A DNA stretch of 64,000 nucleotides, taken from positions 12,132-76,131 of the IMG/VR virus record IMGVR_UViG_2778261223_000007; one strand, 5' to 3'. Under the pieces are notes generated by a model. It worked only from the letters and a program-made list of their open reading frames with translations. It made no database searches and was not told the origin of the DNA. This document shows, piece by piece, positions 1 to 10,842 of the stretch. Each line of letters opens with the position of its first letter. Position 1 is the first letter of the stretch. The position numbers and the translations under genes are program-made. The stretch is from a virus (taxonomy: Duplodnaviria > Heunggongvirae > Uroviricota > Caudoviricetes).

Positions 1-1
1 T

Positions 2-1948
2 AAGGATACATTTTTATCCACTGACGAAAACACAAAACAAGTAAAAAAAGCTGTTGAAGACGGCACCAAAAAAACTGTCGATGCGATTCATTCTTTAGGT
101 GAGCAGCTACAAGGCGGGCGTGATGGTGAAGATGGTGTTGGTGAGCACGGGTATACTTCCCCGGCTGAATTTAATGCCCCTACCAGCAACACCATTGCAG
201 CGGATCTGAATATTGGTGGCAGCAACGCCAAAAACCGCAATTACCGGAATAATAATCTCGGCAACCTTGTTTTCGCTAATCAGGAAGGGGCGACGCTGGA
301 AGCACCAAATGCAAAAGGTGAACAACGTTTTGCGCGATTTAACACGCCTGAAGAAGGGATCAGGGCGCTGGCAAACCAGGTGTCAAGCTATTACAACGGC
401 ACCAGCGCCGCTGCTGGGTATCAGAAGCTACAGACGGTATCCAGTATTATTTCCAAATGGGCACCCCCAAAGGAGAACAATACTAATCAATATATTGATA
501 ACGTCAGCAAATATCTTGGCGTCTCGCCTAATGAAAAAATAGACGTCAGCAACCCAGAGGTTATGACGCAATTAGTTCGTGCAATAGCGACGAAAGAAGG
601 TGGAAACCCGGCGGTTAACAATGAGTTCATAAAGAATGCTCTTGGGGCATTTAACACAAATACTGGTCGATGGGAGGGACAATTCTCTGACGAAACATTG
701 GCGCGGATTAATAAAATTCAGAAAGAAAATGGTGGTCAGCTAATTGCCCGCGATTCGCAATATAGTGTTGGTCGCAAGATAAAATATGTTAATGGAAAAT
801 CTCCAGCTCAACCAGTTTTGAATGCCGTTCCGACAGCAACACAACAGCCAATTGAGGTTGCACAACATGCCCAGGCAGTCAAAAAGCCACAAAAAACAGG
901 CAATCAATCGCAACCGATTAATCCAGAGAACGTTGATGTTAATACTGGCTCTCCATCAAGTCTGCTTGAGAGATTAATCGCTATAAATGACAGCGGGGTA
1001 GGTAATTTATTTGGAGGTGCGGCTACCAGCCTTGCTGGTACAAGCCTTGGCCTGATTAAGGATTTTGCGTCGGCGACTTCGTTTGGTTCTATATCTTCGC
1101 TTTCCGAAAAAGCGAAAGGAATGGATCAGGCTCTTACTGAAAAGATATCCAGCTTAACCGGTAAATCTTTTGGATTTCAAAAAGCAAGCCAGGTAACTGA
1201 TATAAGAGACGCTTTACAAAAAAGACCAAAAGCTGAACGCGATATGCCTTCAGTGGATCTTCTTTCCGGTGTTTCTTCGGCAAGTGAGAGTGAAAAAATC
1301 CCTGTAAACTCAAGGGGGATTCCAGTTTATGACAATGGATACAAGGTAATTGATGGTGAAGATAAGGGGGTGCTTGGCTCTTTGTTTGACTCGTCATTAA
1401 CAGGTCTGAAACGTATTAGCTCTGCTGTGTTACCTGCAATTGGCGATAACGTTTCACGACTTATTGGTGGGGTAGATGGCACTGGCATTGTTAATGATTT
1501 GGTTTATCAGGCTACTGGGCAGAACTCAACAATTGCTAGGGCTATTAGCCCGCTTACCAGGAGCGCCGGTAGTTGGCTGAATAATGGTATTCAACAAACC
1601 GCAGATAGCATTAGAGGTATATCAAACGAAGCCAATAATGCCATATTTGGCTCTGCGTCAGCCGTGCAAGAACCTTTTCTTGCTATGCCACCACAGCTTC
1701 CTACTGTAACAGATCTCGCACGAAGCGGAATAAGACAACCATTAACTACTGACACTATAAATAACGATCCTGCTATGTTGAAGGCGCTGGATAACATCTG
1801 CTCTATCCTGAACGATCTTCTGAATGTGAACAAGAACAATACAAAAGGCGATCCGGATAAGGTTGTCAAAACATCGCAGCCGCAACCGCGACCACGTGCT
1901 AGCACAACTATTAATGACCCGTCGCTGGATGCTCTGCTTGAGGATTAA
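2..1948 (+). CDS. 5'-truncated large tail protein, C-terminal part of a Sit/tape-measure-like injection protein. The reading frame is open from base 2.
   Basis: Frame 2 is open from the window start and continuous with the listed 380..1948 ORF. The product is long and Gly/Ser/Thr-rich and lies immediately upstream of the baseplate and tail-fibre genes, as sit does in P1. Confidence 0.5.
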   Translation, partial: KDTFLSTDENTKQVKKAVEDGTKKTVDAIHSLGEQLQGGRDGEDGVGEHGYTSPAEFNAPTSNTIAADLNIGGSNAKNRNYRNNNLGNLVFANQEGATLEAPNAKGEQRFARFNTPEEGIRALANQVSSYYNGTSAAAGYQKLQTVSSIISKWAPPKENNTNQYIDNVSKYLGVSPNEKIDVSNPEVMTQLVRAIATKEGGNPAVNNEFIKNALGAFNTNTGRWEGQFSDETLARINKIQKENGGQLIARDSQYSVGRKIKYVNGKSPAQPVLNAVPTATQQPIEVAQHAQAVKKPQKTGNQSQPINPENVDVNTGSPSSLLERLIAINDSGVGNLFGGAATSLAGTSLGLIKDFASATSFGSISSLSEKAKGMDQALTEKISSLTGKSFGFQKASQVTDIRDALQKRPKAERDMPSVDLLSGVSSASESEKIPVNSRGIPVYDNGYKVIDGEDKGVLGSLFDSSLTGLKRISSAVLPAIGDNVSRLIGGVDGTGIVNDLVYQATGQNSTIARAISPLTRSAGSWLNNGIQQTADSIRGISNEANNAIFGSASAVQEPFLAMPPQLPTVTDLARSGIRQPLTTDTINNDPAMLKALDNICSILNDLLNVNKNNTKGDPDKVVKTSQPQPRPRASTTINDPSLDALLED

Positions 1949-1953
1949 TAAAG

Positions 1954-2328
1954 ATGCTTTATGAAATAGACGCAAGACTTCAAACGAATGAGAGCGGTGT
2001 CATTATTGCAGAAGGAAGTTCCGCAGCATGGATGGCCCGACTTGACGAGTGGCTACGAACCCCTGAAGGGAGTGTTTATGGTTTACCCTCTTGGGGGAAT
2101 CCAATGGAAGAATTTAAGCATGAACCATTCGGCTCTGAAACTTCGCACATAGTTGAAGTGGCTATTGAAGGGAGAATGATGAAAAAACTACGACAAGACT
2201 TGCCAGGTTTGGATGTGCAGGGGATTCGTTGCACATCAATTTCTGAAGATTCTTTATTAATTAGTTTTTATGCGAAAGGTGGGAGCATGGATATTGTTAT
2301 GCAGAAATCAAGTGGGGTGGGCGCGTGA
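1954..2328 (+). CDS. small baseplate assembly protein (gp25/W-like position)
   Basis: 124-aa ORF packed tightly between the tape-measure-like gene and the J-like baseplate gene. The call rests on synteny only. Confidence 0.4.
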   Translation: MLYEIDARLQTNESGVIIAEGSSAAWMARLDEWLRTPEGSVYGLPSWGNPMEEFKHEPFGSETSHIVEVAIEGRMMKKLRQDLPGLDVQGIRCTSISEDSLLISFYAKGGSMDIVMQKSSGVGA

Positions 2329-3755
2329 CGATTACAGAATTACTGGACAAATTTAACGCCAAGTTAAATGAAAACACATGGTGGTCACGATTTGTAAATA
2401 GTCAGTTTGTGCAGATGCACGCTATATTCGGATCACAGCTTATTTATATTGCCCGTACATTTGCAAGCCGCGGCCTCACTGAGGGACTTATTTCAACGGC
2501 TACGCGCCGCTCAAGTATTTTAGCGGTTGCTGAAGACCGTAGCTACGTAGGGCGATTTGTTAGTGCTTCATACGGAACAACGTCTATAACCAATAAAACT
2601 GATCGGGATATTACGTTACCAGCCGGGGCTGAATTGCTTGCCAATGACCAAACACCTTTGGCAATTATTAACAGTGTTGTAATTCCTGCTGGAGGAACTG
2701 TTTCTGGCGTAGAAACTAAACAGCATGAAGCTGTTAGCGTTACATTTGATATTGAGAAGGAAACTTTATTTCTGACATTGTTGCTTTCCAGAGAATTAAC
2801 AAAAGAAGTCTCTAGCCTGGATGTTTATGTTATTACAGATGGCGTAGAAGAAAAATGGACATATAACCCATTATTTAGAATGTCCAGAGACAAGAGTAAG
2901 CACTATTCATTGGCATATAAACCTACAGAACAACTTGGAGTCAAGTTTGGTGATGGTTCTATGGGTATGATGCCTCCAGCAGGCTGTCAGGTTCGAATCG
3001 ATGTTATGGCTAGCCTTGGCGACTATACTTTGGCTGAAGGACAAAAGTTAGAACCGGCTGGAAATATCGCTCAATATGTGGAGTCACTAGAGTTTAAAAC
3101 TGATTCGATCATTACCGGTGGTAGTGGTATGGAAACTACAGAAGAAACTCGAAATCGTGCTCAGTATTATGTTGCATACGATGAACAAGTGGTATGGGGC
3201 GGTGATTATCGCCAATTCATTCAGAATGTTGTTCATGGAACTTCATGGTTGAACGTTTGGGGCGAAGCGTTGCAAGAGAAAATAACTGGGTTTGACGTTC
3301 GAAACATCAACAAGATTTTCTTTTGCGGACATAAGCCAGGTGTAAGCCAGGCTCAGCTAAAATCAGAAATACTGAAAGCTCTAGAGAATGTTCCAAATGA
3401 GTTGAACAAGCGGTTTGAGTATGTAGATACAAATGAACAACCATTTACTATAATATTTACAGGTATTGCACGTAAAAATGTTCTGATAGACGACGCTCAA
3501 AATGCTATTAAAGCAGCGTTGGAAGAAAATTTTGGTCGTGATTCGTCATCATTCAGTTTATTACTACAGAGTGATGATGATTCTCAGCAATGTTATGCAC
3601 AGGTAAAAGTTAAAGATATTTGGCGAGTAATAGAGTCGCTGGATATGTTTCTCTCTTATGACATAACAATACAAAATATGAAAGATGCAGTTTACTTTAA
3701 TGACTTCATTTATCTTGACGTGAAATCTTCAACGTTCAGCATTTCTTACCCGTAA
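2325..3755 (+). CDS. baseplate J-like protein
   Basis: 476-aa ORF overlapping the upstream stop by 4 nt. Its size and position are typical of baseplate wedge J-family proteins. Confidence 0.45.
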   Translation: MTITELLDKFNAKLNENTWWSRFVNSQFVQMHAIFGSQLIYIARTFASRGLTEGLISTATRRSSILAVAEDRSYVGRFVSASYGTTSITNKTDRDITLPAGAELLANDQTPLAIINSVVIPAGGTVSGVETKQHEAVSVTFDIEKETLFLTLLLSRELTKEVSSLDVYVITDGVEEKWTYNPLFRMSRDKSKHYSLAYKPTEQLGVKFGDGSMGMMPPAGCQVRIDVMASLGDYTLAEGQKLEPAGNIAQYVESLEFKTDSIITGGSGMETTEETRNRAQYYVAYDEQVVWGGDYRQFIQNVVHGTSWLNVWGEALQEKITGFDVRNINKIFFCGHKPGVSQAQLKSEILKALENVPNELNKRFEYVDTNEQPFTIIFTGIARKNVLIDDAQNAIKAALEENFGRDSSSFSLLLQSDDDSQQCYAQVKVKDIWRVIESLDMFLSYDITIQNMKDAVYFNDFIYLDVKSSTFSISYP

Positions 3756-3765
3756 TGAGGTTAGC

Positions 3766-4611
3766 ATGAAAGATAATTGGCTTAAGGAACGATTAACTAA
3801 AGTAAAACAGGATTCACATCTCTGGAGTGCATTTATAGACGCTTTACAGGATGTCTGGAATGAGGCAGTAGAACCAATATTAACAAGAATAAGTAACAGA
3901 AAATCCTTCTTCACTATGGACAGTGAGGACATGGATGCCCGCATTGCTGAATACGGGCGTTTTTTCGTTATCACTGAAAAAGATAAGGCTCGTAGGCCAA
4001 TGCTGCTGGCACAACGTTTAGATGAAGTGCACTTTAAAGGCACTATCTTGCCAATTGAGCAGACATTCTGGCGTGAATTCGGTTGTATTCCTGTTAGTTG
4101 GGAACCGCTGTATGCACCTGTAAATATAGAAAAACACCCCTATGGTTCATATTTTGCGACCGAAATAGAAATACCTACGGCACAGGCTCAATTCGGTGAG
4201 TTCTTCCTGACATCAAGGGGGCTGGTCGTTGTTGATCAGAACAAGCTATATCGCTCATATGGAGAGCAGGATAAAGAAGCCGCTGTACAGAAATTGTTAT
4301 CTGACTTCGAAACAGTAATAGCCCCTTTATTGCCATTGCATATTGTTTTTGATGGCGTCTCGTTTCGGCTTAGTGCTGTATTCCCTGAAGTGGCAGAAAT
4401 ACTAAATTGCTTGTCTACGGATGTTTCGGTAATTGAAGGTGTTTATGTTACTGAGAGTATGGCTGATATGCTATCCCGTAGTGATACCTCCTGCCAGGTA
4501 GACAATATTTCTCTTAACGCCATACCGAACCGAACGGCAGAAAAGCAATTACATCTTGATGTAACCCCACTCGATGCGTGGCCTTTGGATTACCACCTTC
4601 AACCTGTTTAA
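3766..4611 (+). CDS. tail/baseplate protein
   Basis: 281-aa ORF lying in the tail operon. Confidence 0.4.
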   Translation: MKDNWLKERLTKVKQDSHLWSAFIDALQDVWNEAVEPILTRISNRKSFFTMDSEDMDARIAEYGRFFVITEKDKARRPMLLAQRLDEVHFKGTILPIEQTFWREFGCIPVSWEPLYAPVNIEKHPYGSYFATEIEIPTAQAQFGEFFLTSRGLVVVDQNKLYRSYGEQDKEAAVQKLLSDFETVIAPLLPLHIVFDGVSFRLSAVFPEVAEILNCLSTDVSVIEGVYVTESMADMLSRSDTSCQVDNISLNAIPNRTAEKQLHLDVTPLDAWPLDYHLQPV

Positions 4612-4705
4612 TAATTCCTCCCCCGCATTTGGGGGAAGAACAACGGAAATCACAAACTGAGCATACTCTCCTTTGGTTCATTGCTTATGAAGGAGCTATG
4701 TTCGT

Positions 4706-5152
4706 ATGGCTGAAAATTTAAAGGCAAGAGATGGTAACCGCCTGTATAAGGCACAATTGCTTTCCTACTATTATTCACGCCGCGCTGAGTCGGCGATCGG
4801 CAAAGGTGCGCGTTTTGTTATCTCTAAGGCGTATTGGTGCAAATCTAGTCTGGTAACTGCTAATGGTGCAGGAGGCTGGAATATAGCGGACATTCCACTC
4901 GATTTTAAATTGAGTGACGCTCAACAGTTTGCTGTGTCCGATCTGATATTGTCCAGCGTGGATGGGATTATCACTATCAATGCAGCCTTCCCACAAGAAA
5001 GAATGCCGGATAACACGCCTTACGATTTTAACACGCTTGTGCTTGTTGATGCTGAGGAACGGGCTTTTGGTGTGCTTTGCACCCAGCAAGATACCCTCTA
5101 TAAAGGTAAACGTTACAGTATTCTCATGACAATCGAGCAAGTTGAGGGTTGA
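4706..5152 (+). CDS. tail-fibre-associated protein (P1 R position)
   Basis: 148-aa ORF with a good SD (aggag). Its stop overlaps the start of the tail-fibre gene. Confidence 0.45.
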   Translation: MAENLKARDGNRLYKAQLLSYYYSRRAESAIGKGARFVISKAYWCKSSLVTANGAGGWNIADIPLDFKLSDAQQFAVSDLILSSVDGIITINAAFPQERMPDNTPYDFNTLVLVDAEERAFGVLCTQQDTLYKGKRYSILMTIEQVEG

Positions 5153-8100
5153 TTATGGGGGCTGATAAAACGAACAACATAATGACACTATCCTCTGGTG
5201 TCTCACAGCCTTTGCTTGCTGATGTTCAATATTTCGAACTCTATAGTAGTTCGGCTCTTAACAGAAAACTTAAAAATATTGTTTTGCCTGGCTTTTACTG
5301 TGGATTTGAACCAGTTCCCGGCACAGGGTTGAGTGTTCGTATAACTTCTGAAAACTCAGAAGGTAAAGGGGCTGCTTCAGTAGATGTAAATAATGTTCAG
5401 ATATCCGTTCAGCAAATAGAAGATGTGACTGTCTCGGTAAAGGCTGGGGCTACCAACATTATTGTGCTGGAAGCCAATTTTGAACATGGTGTAAAAACGA
5501 CACAGGTAGATAGCGCATCTTCTGTCAGTGCTGCAAGAATTTACGCGCGTACGGACAATACTATTGGGCAGAATCAAATTGAATTATGTCGAGTTATCGT
5601 GCCTAACGGCGCAACGGCTGTGACTAAAGAAATGATTGTGCTTAAATACCGGGTTAACCGTGCTGTTGGTGTCGAATTCTCTAATGAAATAAGCAGTACA
5701 GAAGAAAGAAAAGCGGCTACACCTCTGGCTGTCAAAACTCTCCATGATTTGGTTGATACAAAAGCTCCGCTCGATAGTCCGCATCTGTCAGGTACGCCGA
5801 CTTCGCCGACACCTGAACCCGGTACAAACAACACACAGATCGCAAATGCGGCCTTTGTCTATGCTGCTATAAATGCGCTTATCAATGGTGCTCCGGGAAC
5901 GATGGACACGCTGAAAGAAATAGCGGCTGCGATCAATAACGACCCGAATTTCAGCACAACTATCAACAATGCCCTGGCTCTTAAAGCTCCTTTGGCAAGC
6001 CCGGCGTTCACAGGTACGCCGACAGCACCTACGGCCTCACAAGGCACAAATAGCACGCAGATTGCAAATACAGCCTTTGTTAAGGCAGCTATAACGGCAC
6101 TTATCAACGGTGCGCCTGGCACACTGGATACGCTGAAAGAAATAGCGGCTGCGATCAATAACGACCCGAATTTCAGCACAACTATCAACAATGCCCTGGC
6201 TCTCAAAGCGCCTTTGGCAAGCCCTGCATTAACGGGTGTCCCTACTGCGCCGACCGCCGCACAGGGCACAAATAATACGCAGATTGCTACGACCGCTTAT
6301 GTAAGAGCTGCCATATCCGCATTGGTTGGTTCATCACCAGAAGCTCTTGATACCCTGAATGAGCTTGCCGCAGCACTTGGCAATGACCCGAACTTTGCGA
6401 CAACAATGACAAATGCGCTGGCAGGCAAACAGCCTCTGGATGCAACTTTAACCGCGCTCGCTGGCCTTGCGACTGGTGCAAACAAACTGCCTTATTTCAC
6501 CGGTAAGGATACGGTAGCGCAGACTGATTTAACGTCAGTCGGTCGCGATATTCTGGCTAAAACAAGCACACTGGCCGTTATCCAATACCTTGGTTTAAGA
6601 GAACTCGGTACCAGTGGTGAAAAGATCCCCCTGTTGAGTACGGCTAACACATGGAGTGCGCGCCAGACTTTCAATGGCGGGATCACCGGGGCGCTGACAG
6701 GGAACGCCGACACCGCGACGAAATTGAAAACAGCCATAAACATTAATGGCGTCAGGTTCGATGGTTCGGCTGACATTAATATCAATACTCTGGTATCGCG
6801 TGGTCGCGTAACGGCTCTGGGGGCGAATGCACAGGGGACATCCGGGATTCAGCTGTATGAGGCATACAACAATGGCTATCCTTCCCCCTATGGCAATGTG
6901 CTTCACCTTAAAGGTGCCACCGCTGCTGGCGAAGGTGAATTATTCATTGGCTGGAGTGGCTCGAGCGGTGACCATGCGCCCGTACATATCCGTTCGCGGC
7001 GTGATACTGATTCTGCCAACTGGTCTGAATGGGCACAGGTCTATACGTCAAAAGATTCAGTTCCCGGCGTTAATGCCAAAGGGAATCAGGATACCTCTGG
7101 TAATGCGGCTACAGCGACCAAATTGCAGACGGCGTGTACTATCAACGGTGTCTCGTTTGATGGTTCTAAAAACATTGAGCTAACGGCGGAAGATTTAAAT
7201 CTTGAGCAAACCGTAGAATTAGCCGCAGGAGCATTGCAGAAAAACCAGAACGGTGCAGATATTCCGAATAAAGATAAATTCATACAAAACACAGGGGCCT
7301 GTCGTGCATTTAGCGGTCAGACTGATATCGATGGTTCACAAGGTGAATGGTCGACAGTTGCATTTATCTCGTGGCTGGAGAATAACGGAGCTTTCCGACA
7401 TCCATACTGGATGTGTAAAGGGTCATGGTCCTATGCCAGAAACAGGGTTATTACGGATACCGGTTGTGGAAATATCTGCCTTGCCGGAGCCGTGATTGAG
7501 GTTATGGGAACCCGCGGCGCAATGACCATACGCGTTACCACGCCGAGCACGTCCAGCGGTGGCGGAATCACTAACGCTCAATTCACTTATATTAATCATG
7601 GTGATGCTTACGCTCCTGGCTGGCGACGAGACTACAACACGAAAAACCAGCAGCCTGCATTTGCTTTAGGGCAAACAGGACGCAGGGTCGCAAATGATAA
7701 AGCTGTTGGCTGGAACTGGAATAGCGGCGTTTATGATGCAGATATCAGTGGCGCATCGACATTAATCCTCCACTTTAATATGAATGCGGGGAGTTGCCCT
7801 GCTGTACAGTTCCGCGTGAATTACAGAAATGGCGGTATCTTTTATCGTTCAGCGCGTGATGGTTATGGCTTTGAAGCTAACTGGTCAGAGTTTTACACCA
7901 CAACACGCAAACCCTCTGCGGGAGATGTTGGTGCATATACGCAGGCAGAATGTAACTCAAGGTTTATTACAGGTATTCGCCTTGGCGGTCTGTCATCTGT
8001 TAAGACATGGAATGGTCCTGGCTGGTCTGACAGGTCAGGTTATGTCGTTACTGGTTCAGTTAACGGAAACCGTGATGAATTAATTGATACAACTCAGGCA

Positions 8101-8154
8101 AGGCCAATTCAGTATTGCATTAATGGAACGTGGTATAACGCGGGGAGTATTTAA
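5149..8154 (+). CDS. S: tail fibre protein (S-like). The constant part is followed by a variable distal part encoded inside the invertible segment (current orientation Sv).
   Basis: 1001 aa. It has N-terminal collar repeats (INGAPGT-DTLKEIAAAINNDPNFSTTINNALALKAPL, three copies) and an ALDTLNELAAALGNDPNFATTMTNALAGKQP motif typical of lambdoid/P1/Mu side tail fibres. The ORF crosses the cix-like site at 6578. Confidence 0.9.
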   Translation: MIMGADKTNNIMTLSSGVSQPLLADVQYFELYSSSALNRKLKNIVLPGFYCGFEPVPGTGLSVRITSENSEGKGAASVDVNNVQISVQQIEDVTVSVKAGATNIIVLEANFEHGVKTTQVDSASSVSAARIYARTDNTIGQNQIELCRVIVPNGATAVTKEMIVLKYRVNRAVGVEFSNEISSTEERKAATPLAVKTLHDLVDTKAPLDSPHLSGTPTSPTPEPGTNNTQIANAAFVYAAINALINGAPGTMDTLKEIAAAINNDPNFSTTINNALALKAPLASPAFTGTPTAPTASQGTNSTQIANTAFVKAAITALINGAPGTLDTLKEIAAAINNDPNFSTTINNALALKAPLASPALTGVPTAPTAAQGTNNTQIATTAYVRAAISALVGSSPEALDTLNELAAALGNDPNFATTMTNALAGKQPLDATLTALAGLATGANKLPYFTGKDTVAQTDLTSVGRDILAKTSTLAVIQYLGLRELGTSGEKIPLLSTANTWSARQTFNGGITGALTGNADTATKLKTAININGVRFDGSADININTLVSRGRVTALGANAQGTSGIQLYEAYNNGYPSPYGNVLHLKGATAAGEGELFIGWSGSSGDHAPVHIRSRRDTDSANWSEWAQVYTSKDSVPGVNAKGNQDTSGNAATATKLQTACTINGVSFDGSKNIELTAEDLNLEQTVELAAGALQKNQNGADIPNKDKFIQNTGACRAFSGQTDIDGSQGEWSTVAFISWLENNGAFRHPYWMCKGSWSYARNRVITDTGCGNICLAGAVIEVMGTRGAMTIRVTTPSTSSGGGITNAQFTYINHGDAYAPGWRRDYNTKNQQPAFALGQTGRRVANDKAVGWNWNSGVYDADISGASTLILHFNMNAGSCPAVQFRVNYRNGGIFYRSARDGYGFEANWSEFYTTTRKPSAGDVGAYTQAECNSRFITGIRLGGLSSVKTWNGPGWSDRSGYVVTGSVNGNRDELIDTTQARPIQYCINGTWYNAGSI
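5760..6440 (+). repeat. tandem ~240-bp coding repeats (about 2.6 copies) encoding the tail-fibre collar motif
   Basis: Near-identical nucleotide blocks at 5853-5990 and 6093-6230, with a third, diverged copy. The repeats lie in frame inside the S-like ORF. Confidence 0.85.
6578..6603. promoter_or_regulatory. crossover site for the DNA invertase (cix-like, left)
   Basis: 26-bp TTATCCAATACCTTGGTTTAAGAGAA with the ACC(T/A)(T/A)GGTTT core shared by hix/gix/cix sites. The reverse complement of the right-hand site shares its 19-bp right half exactly. Confidence 0.75.
6604..7200. repeat. left inverted repeat of the invertible segment (~0.6 kb, ~90% identical to its partner at ~10240-10842)
   Basis: The reverse complement of 10680-10842 aligns base for base with 6604-6770. 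Beyond that the two arms diverge gradually. Confidence 0.8.
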
Positions 8155-8156
8155 TT

Positions 8157-8690
8157 ATGATGCACTTAAAAAATATTACTGCTGGCAACCCTAAAACAAA
8201 AGAGCAATACCAGCTAACAAAGCAATTTAACATCAAATGGCTTTATTCAGATGATGGAAAAAACTGGTATGAGGAACAAAAGAATTTCCAGCCAGACACT
8301 TTGAAAATGGTCTATGACCATAACGGCGTTATTATTTGTATTGAAAAGGATGTTTCAGCAATTAATCCGGAAGGCGCAAGCGTCGTTGAATTACCTGATA
8401 TTACAGCAAATCGCCGGGCTGATATTTCGGGTAAATGGATGTTCAAAGATGGCGTAGTGATAAAGCGAACTTATACCGAGGAGGAACAGAGGCAGCAGGC
8501 AGAGAATGAAAAGCAAAGCCTGTTGCAACTTGTCAGGGATAAAACCCAGCTATGGGACTCACAGCTACGGCTGGGTATCATTTCCGACGAGAATAAACAA
8601 AAATTAACCGAGTGGATGCTCTATGCGCAGAAGGTCGAATCCACAGACACCTCCAGCCTGCCAGTAACGTTTCCAGAACAACCAGAATGA
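8157..8690 (+). CDS. U: tail fibre assembly protein (U-like)
   Basis: 177 aa. It begins 3 nt after the S stop and is 60% identical to the oppositely oriented U' paralog ([22 protein letters not shown]...[17 protein letters not shown]). Confidence 0.85.
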   Translation: MMHLKNITAGNPKTKEQYQLTKQFNIKWLYSDDGKNWYEEQKNFQPDTLKMVYDHNGVIICIEKDVSAINPEGASVVELPDITANRRADISGKWMFKDGVVIKRTYTEEEQRQQAENEKQSLLQLVRDKTQLWDSQLRLGIISDENKQKLTEWMLYAQKVESTDTSSLPVTFPEQPE

Positions 8691-8718
8691 AACAAGGCCC
8701 GCTATCGGGCCTTAATTT

Positions 8719-9249
8719 TTATTCAGGCTTTTGTGGCCATTCAGGATTTGCCGTATCCACACGGCTGACCAGAACACTATAGCGTTCCCATGACTCCAGT
8801 CGTGCGCGTTCCTCATCCGTCGCCATATTCAGCCTGACAGCGCGTTCCAGTGGCTGAATAACGTTTTCTGCTTCGGAAAGTAACGCGGCCTTTTGTGATT
8901 CGGCCTGTTGTTGTTGCTCGTCTGCCGTATAAATCCGTTTAACCACAGCTCCGTCCTTAAACATCCACTTCCCTGAATCATCGGCACGACGATTGGCTGT
9001 TATATCTGGAATCTCAACGACGCTAAAGCCTTCGGGATTAAGCGTTGAGGCATCTTTGGTTATGGCAACAATAATATTATTTTCGTCGTATACAATCTTT
9101 ATGGTGTCGTCCTGAAAGTTATTTACTTCTTCATACCAGTTTTTACCGTCTTCGGACCATAACCAGATAACATCAAAATTCTTTGTTAGCTGATATTGTT
9201 CTTTCGTTTTAGGATTTCCAGACTTAATATTTTTTAAATGCTGCATCAT
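8719..9249 (-). CDS. tail fibre assembly protein (U'-like, for the alternative orientation)
   Basis: 176 aa and a paralog of U. It sits directly downstream of Sv' on the minus strand. Confidence 0.85.
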   Translation of the reverse strand: MMQHLKNIKSGNPKTKEQYQLTKNFDVIWLWSEDGKNWYEEVNNFQDDTIKIVYDENNIIVAITKDASTLNPEGFSVVEIPDITANRRADDSGKWMFKDGAVVKRIYTADEQQQQAESQKAALLSEAENVIQPLERAVRLNMATDEERARLESWERYSVLVSRVDTANPEWPQKPE

Positions 9250-10842
9250 TTACACCTGTGCGACGTTATACCATGTGCCATTGATGTATTTTTGTATTGG
9301 CCTGAAGATGGCTTCATCATCGCCATCTACTTCACCAATGATTCTTAATCCGGTAATTGCGTGTCCGGCTTTTTCATAACGACCACCACGCGCCATCAAT
9401 TGAACAACACGTGTGCCAAGTCGGACATCTCTCACATAGCGTGAGTCAAAATTGCCATAATTGCCGGGAATAACTTGCGCACCACAAAGCCAGTTACCGT
9501 TATTATCCATGTACGCCTGACCATCGGTGCCATTGGCTGTCCTTGAGTTATTAATCATGTAGATGCCAAATTGCTTGTTCCCCAGTCCACCTATCATGAA
9601 CTTTCGGTCGGCGTGATTCTGGCGAAGTAACGCCTGAGCGCTATCAGTGTTAACTATATTTTTCCCAAAGATAGCGTTGTTATCGCGCATCTGAATCCAC
9701 ATACCATTACTGCTGTTAATAGCAAAACGGTCTGAAAGTGTCTCCCCTGAAACATTAAGACCACGTCCCATCGAAACAGCGCCAGTAGCGTTATTAATCC
9801 ATAATGGCCTTAATCCGTTATAAGTCCCCATGTTGTCACCGGAGTTTGTCAACATGAAGTATGTATTTGAACCATCATTACGAATAAAGAATCCGTAATT
9901 ACCATAAGCAATACGTAGGCCGTTTGCTGATTTTGATATGACTTCGCCATTTACAATGGCATTGACAAGAACATACAAAGCATCCCATTTAAGATTCATC
10001 AGGTCTTTTGTTGTGGTACTTTGTTTGCTTCTCCATTTGAAATATTCATTGCCGTTGTCGCCTGTCTCAAACCACATGTATGAATCAGTATCGCTGTCGG
10101 CATCATTTTTAAAACCAATCTTCGCCCAGTCAGTATTCCGAATCCAGGCAAGGATTGAGTCGTTTTCAAAAGTAAGTCCACCGGACAAGGTATCGCCTGT
10201 CTTTTGAACCGCGTTATCAGCCTTGTTTACCGTTTCCTGTAGATTTAAATCTTCCGCCGTTAGCTCAATATTTTTAGAACCGTCAAACGAGACGCCGTTG
10301 ATAGTACATGCTATCTGCAATTTGGTCGCTGTAGCCGCATTACCAGAGGTGTCCTGATTCCCTTTAGCATTGACGCCGGGAACTGAATCTTTTGACGTAT
10401 AGATCTGTGCCCACTCGGACCATGCCGCAGCAGTGCTATCTCTTTTGGATCGAATGAAAGCAGGTGCATGAGCGCCATTTGTGCCACTCCAGCCAATGAA
10501 TAACTCACCTTCGCCAGCAGCGGTGGCACCTTTAAGGTGAAGCACATTGCCATAGGGGGAAGGGTAGCCATTGTTGTATGCCTCATACATCTGCAATCCA
10601 GTAGCAGCACCTTGCGTTGTACCGGTAAGCGCAGTAACGCGTCCTCTAGACGTAATTGTTGGTATCGAAATGTTCGTAGAACCATCGAACCTGACGCCAT
10701 TAATGTTTATGGCTGTTTTTAATTTCGTCGCGGTATCGGCGTTCCCTGTCAGCGCCCCGGTGATCCCGCCGTTGAAAGTCTGGCGTGCACTCCACGTGTT
10801 AGCCGTGCTCAACAGGGGGATCTTTTCACCGCTGGTACCGAG
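9250..10842 (-). CDS. alternative distal tail-fibre segment Sv'. It is promoterless and becomes fused in frame to the constant S part after inversion.
   Basis: The minus-strand frame is open from the right crossover site. Its first ~200 codons (ELGTSGEKIPLLSTANTWSARQTFNGG...) parallel the plus-strand S sequence after 6604, and the C-terminus is unrelated. The listed ORF 9250..10812 starts at an internal Met. Confidence 0.8.
   Translation of the reverse strand, partial: LGTSGEKIPLLSTANTWSARQTFNGGITGALTGNADTATKLKTAININGVRFDGSTNISIPTITSRGRVTALTGTTQGAATGLQMYEAYNNGYPSPYGNVLHLKGATAAGEGELFIGWSGTNGAHAPAFIRSKRDSTAAAWSEWAQIYTSKDSVPGVNAKGNQDTSGNAATATKLQIACTINGVSFDGSKNIELTAEDLNLQETVNKADNAVQKTGDTLSGGLTFENDSILAWIRNTDWAKIGFKNDADSDTDSYMWFETGDNGNEYFKWRSKQSTTTKDLMNLKWDALYVLVNAIVNGEVISKSANGLRIAYGNYGFFIRNDGSNTYFMLTNSGDNMGTYNGLRPLWINNATGAVSMGRGLNVSGETLSDRFAINSSNGMWIQMRDNNAIFGKNIVNTDSAQALLRQNHADRKFMIGGLGNKQFGIYMINNSRTANGTDGQAYMDNNGNWLCGAQVIPGNYGNFDSRYVRDVRLGTRVVQLMARGGRYEKAGHAITGLRIIGEVDGDDEAIFRPIQKYINGTWYNVAQV

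Noticed and set aside
5859-6269. 136-aa minus-strand ORF with internal amino-acid repeats, plus other antisense ORFs 5574..5834, 6287..6785, 7086..7292
   Set aside because: They lie entirely antisense to the tail-fibre gene. Their repeats mirror the coding collar repeats, so they are an artefact of the repetitive GC-rich coding strand.
5760-6440. Tandem repeats that could be mistaken for a CRISPR-like or satellite array
   Set aside because: Units are ~240 bp, in frame, and encode the conserved tail-fibre collar motif. There is no short repeat/spacer periodicity.
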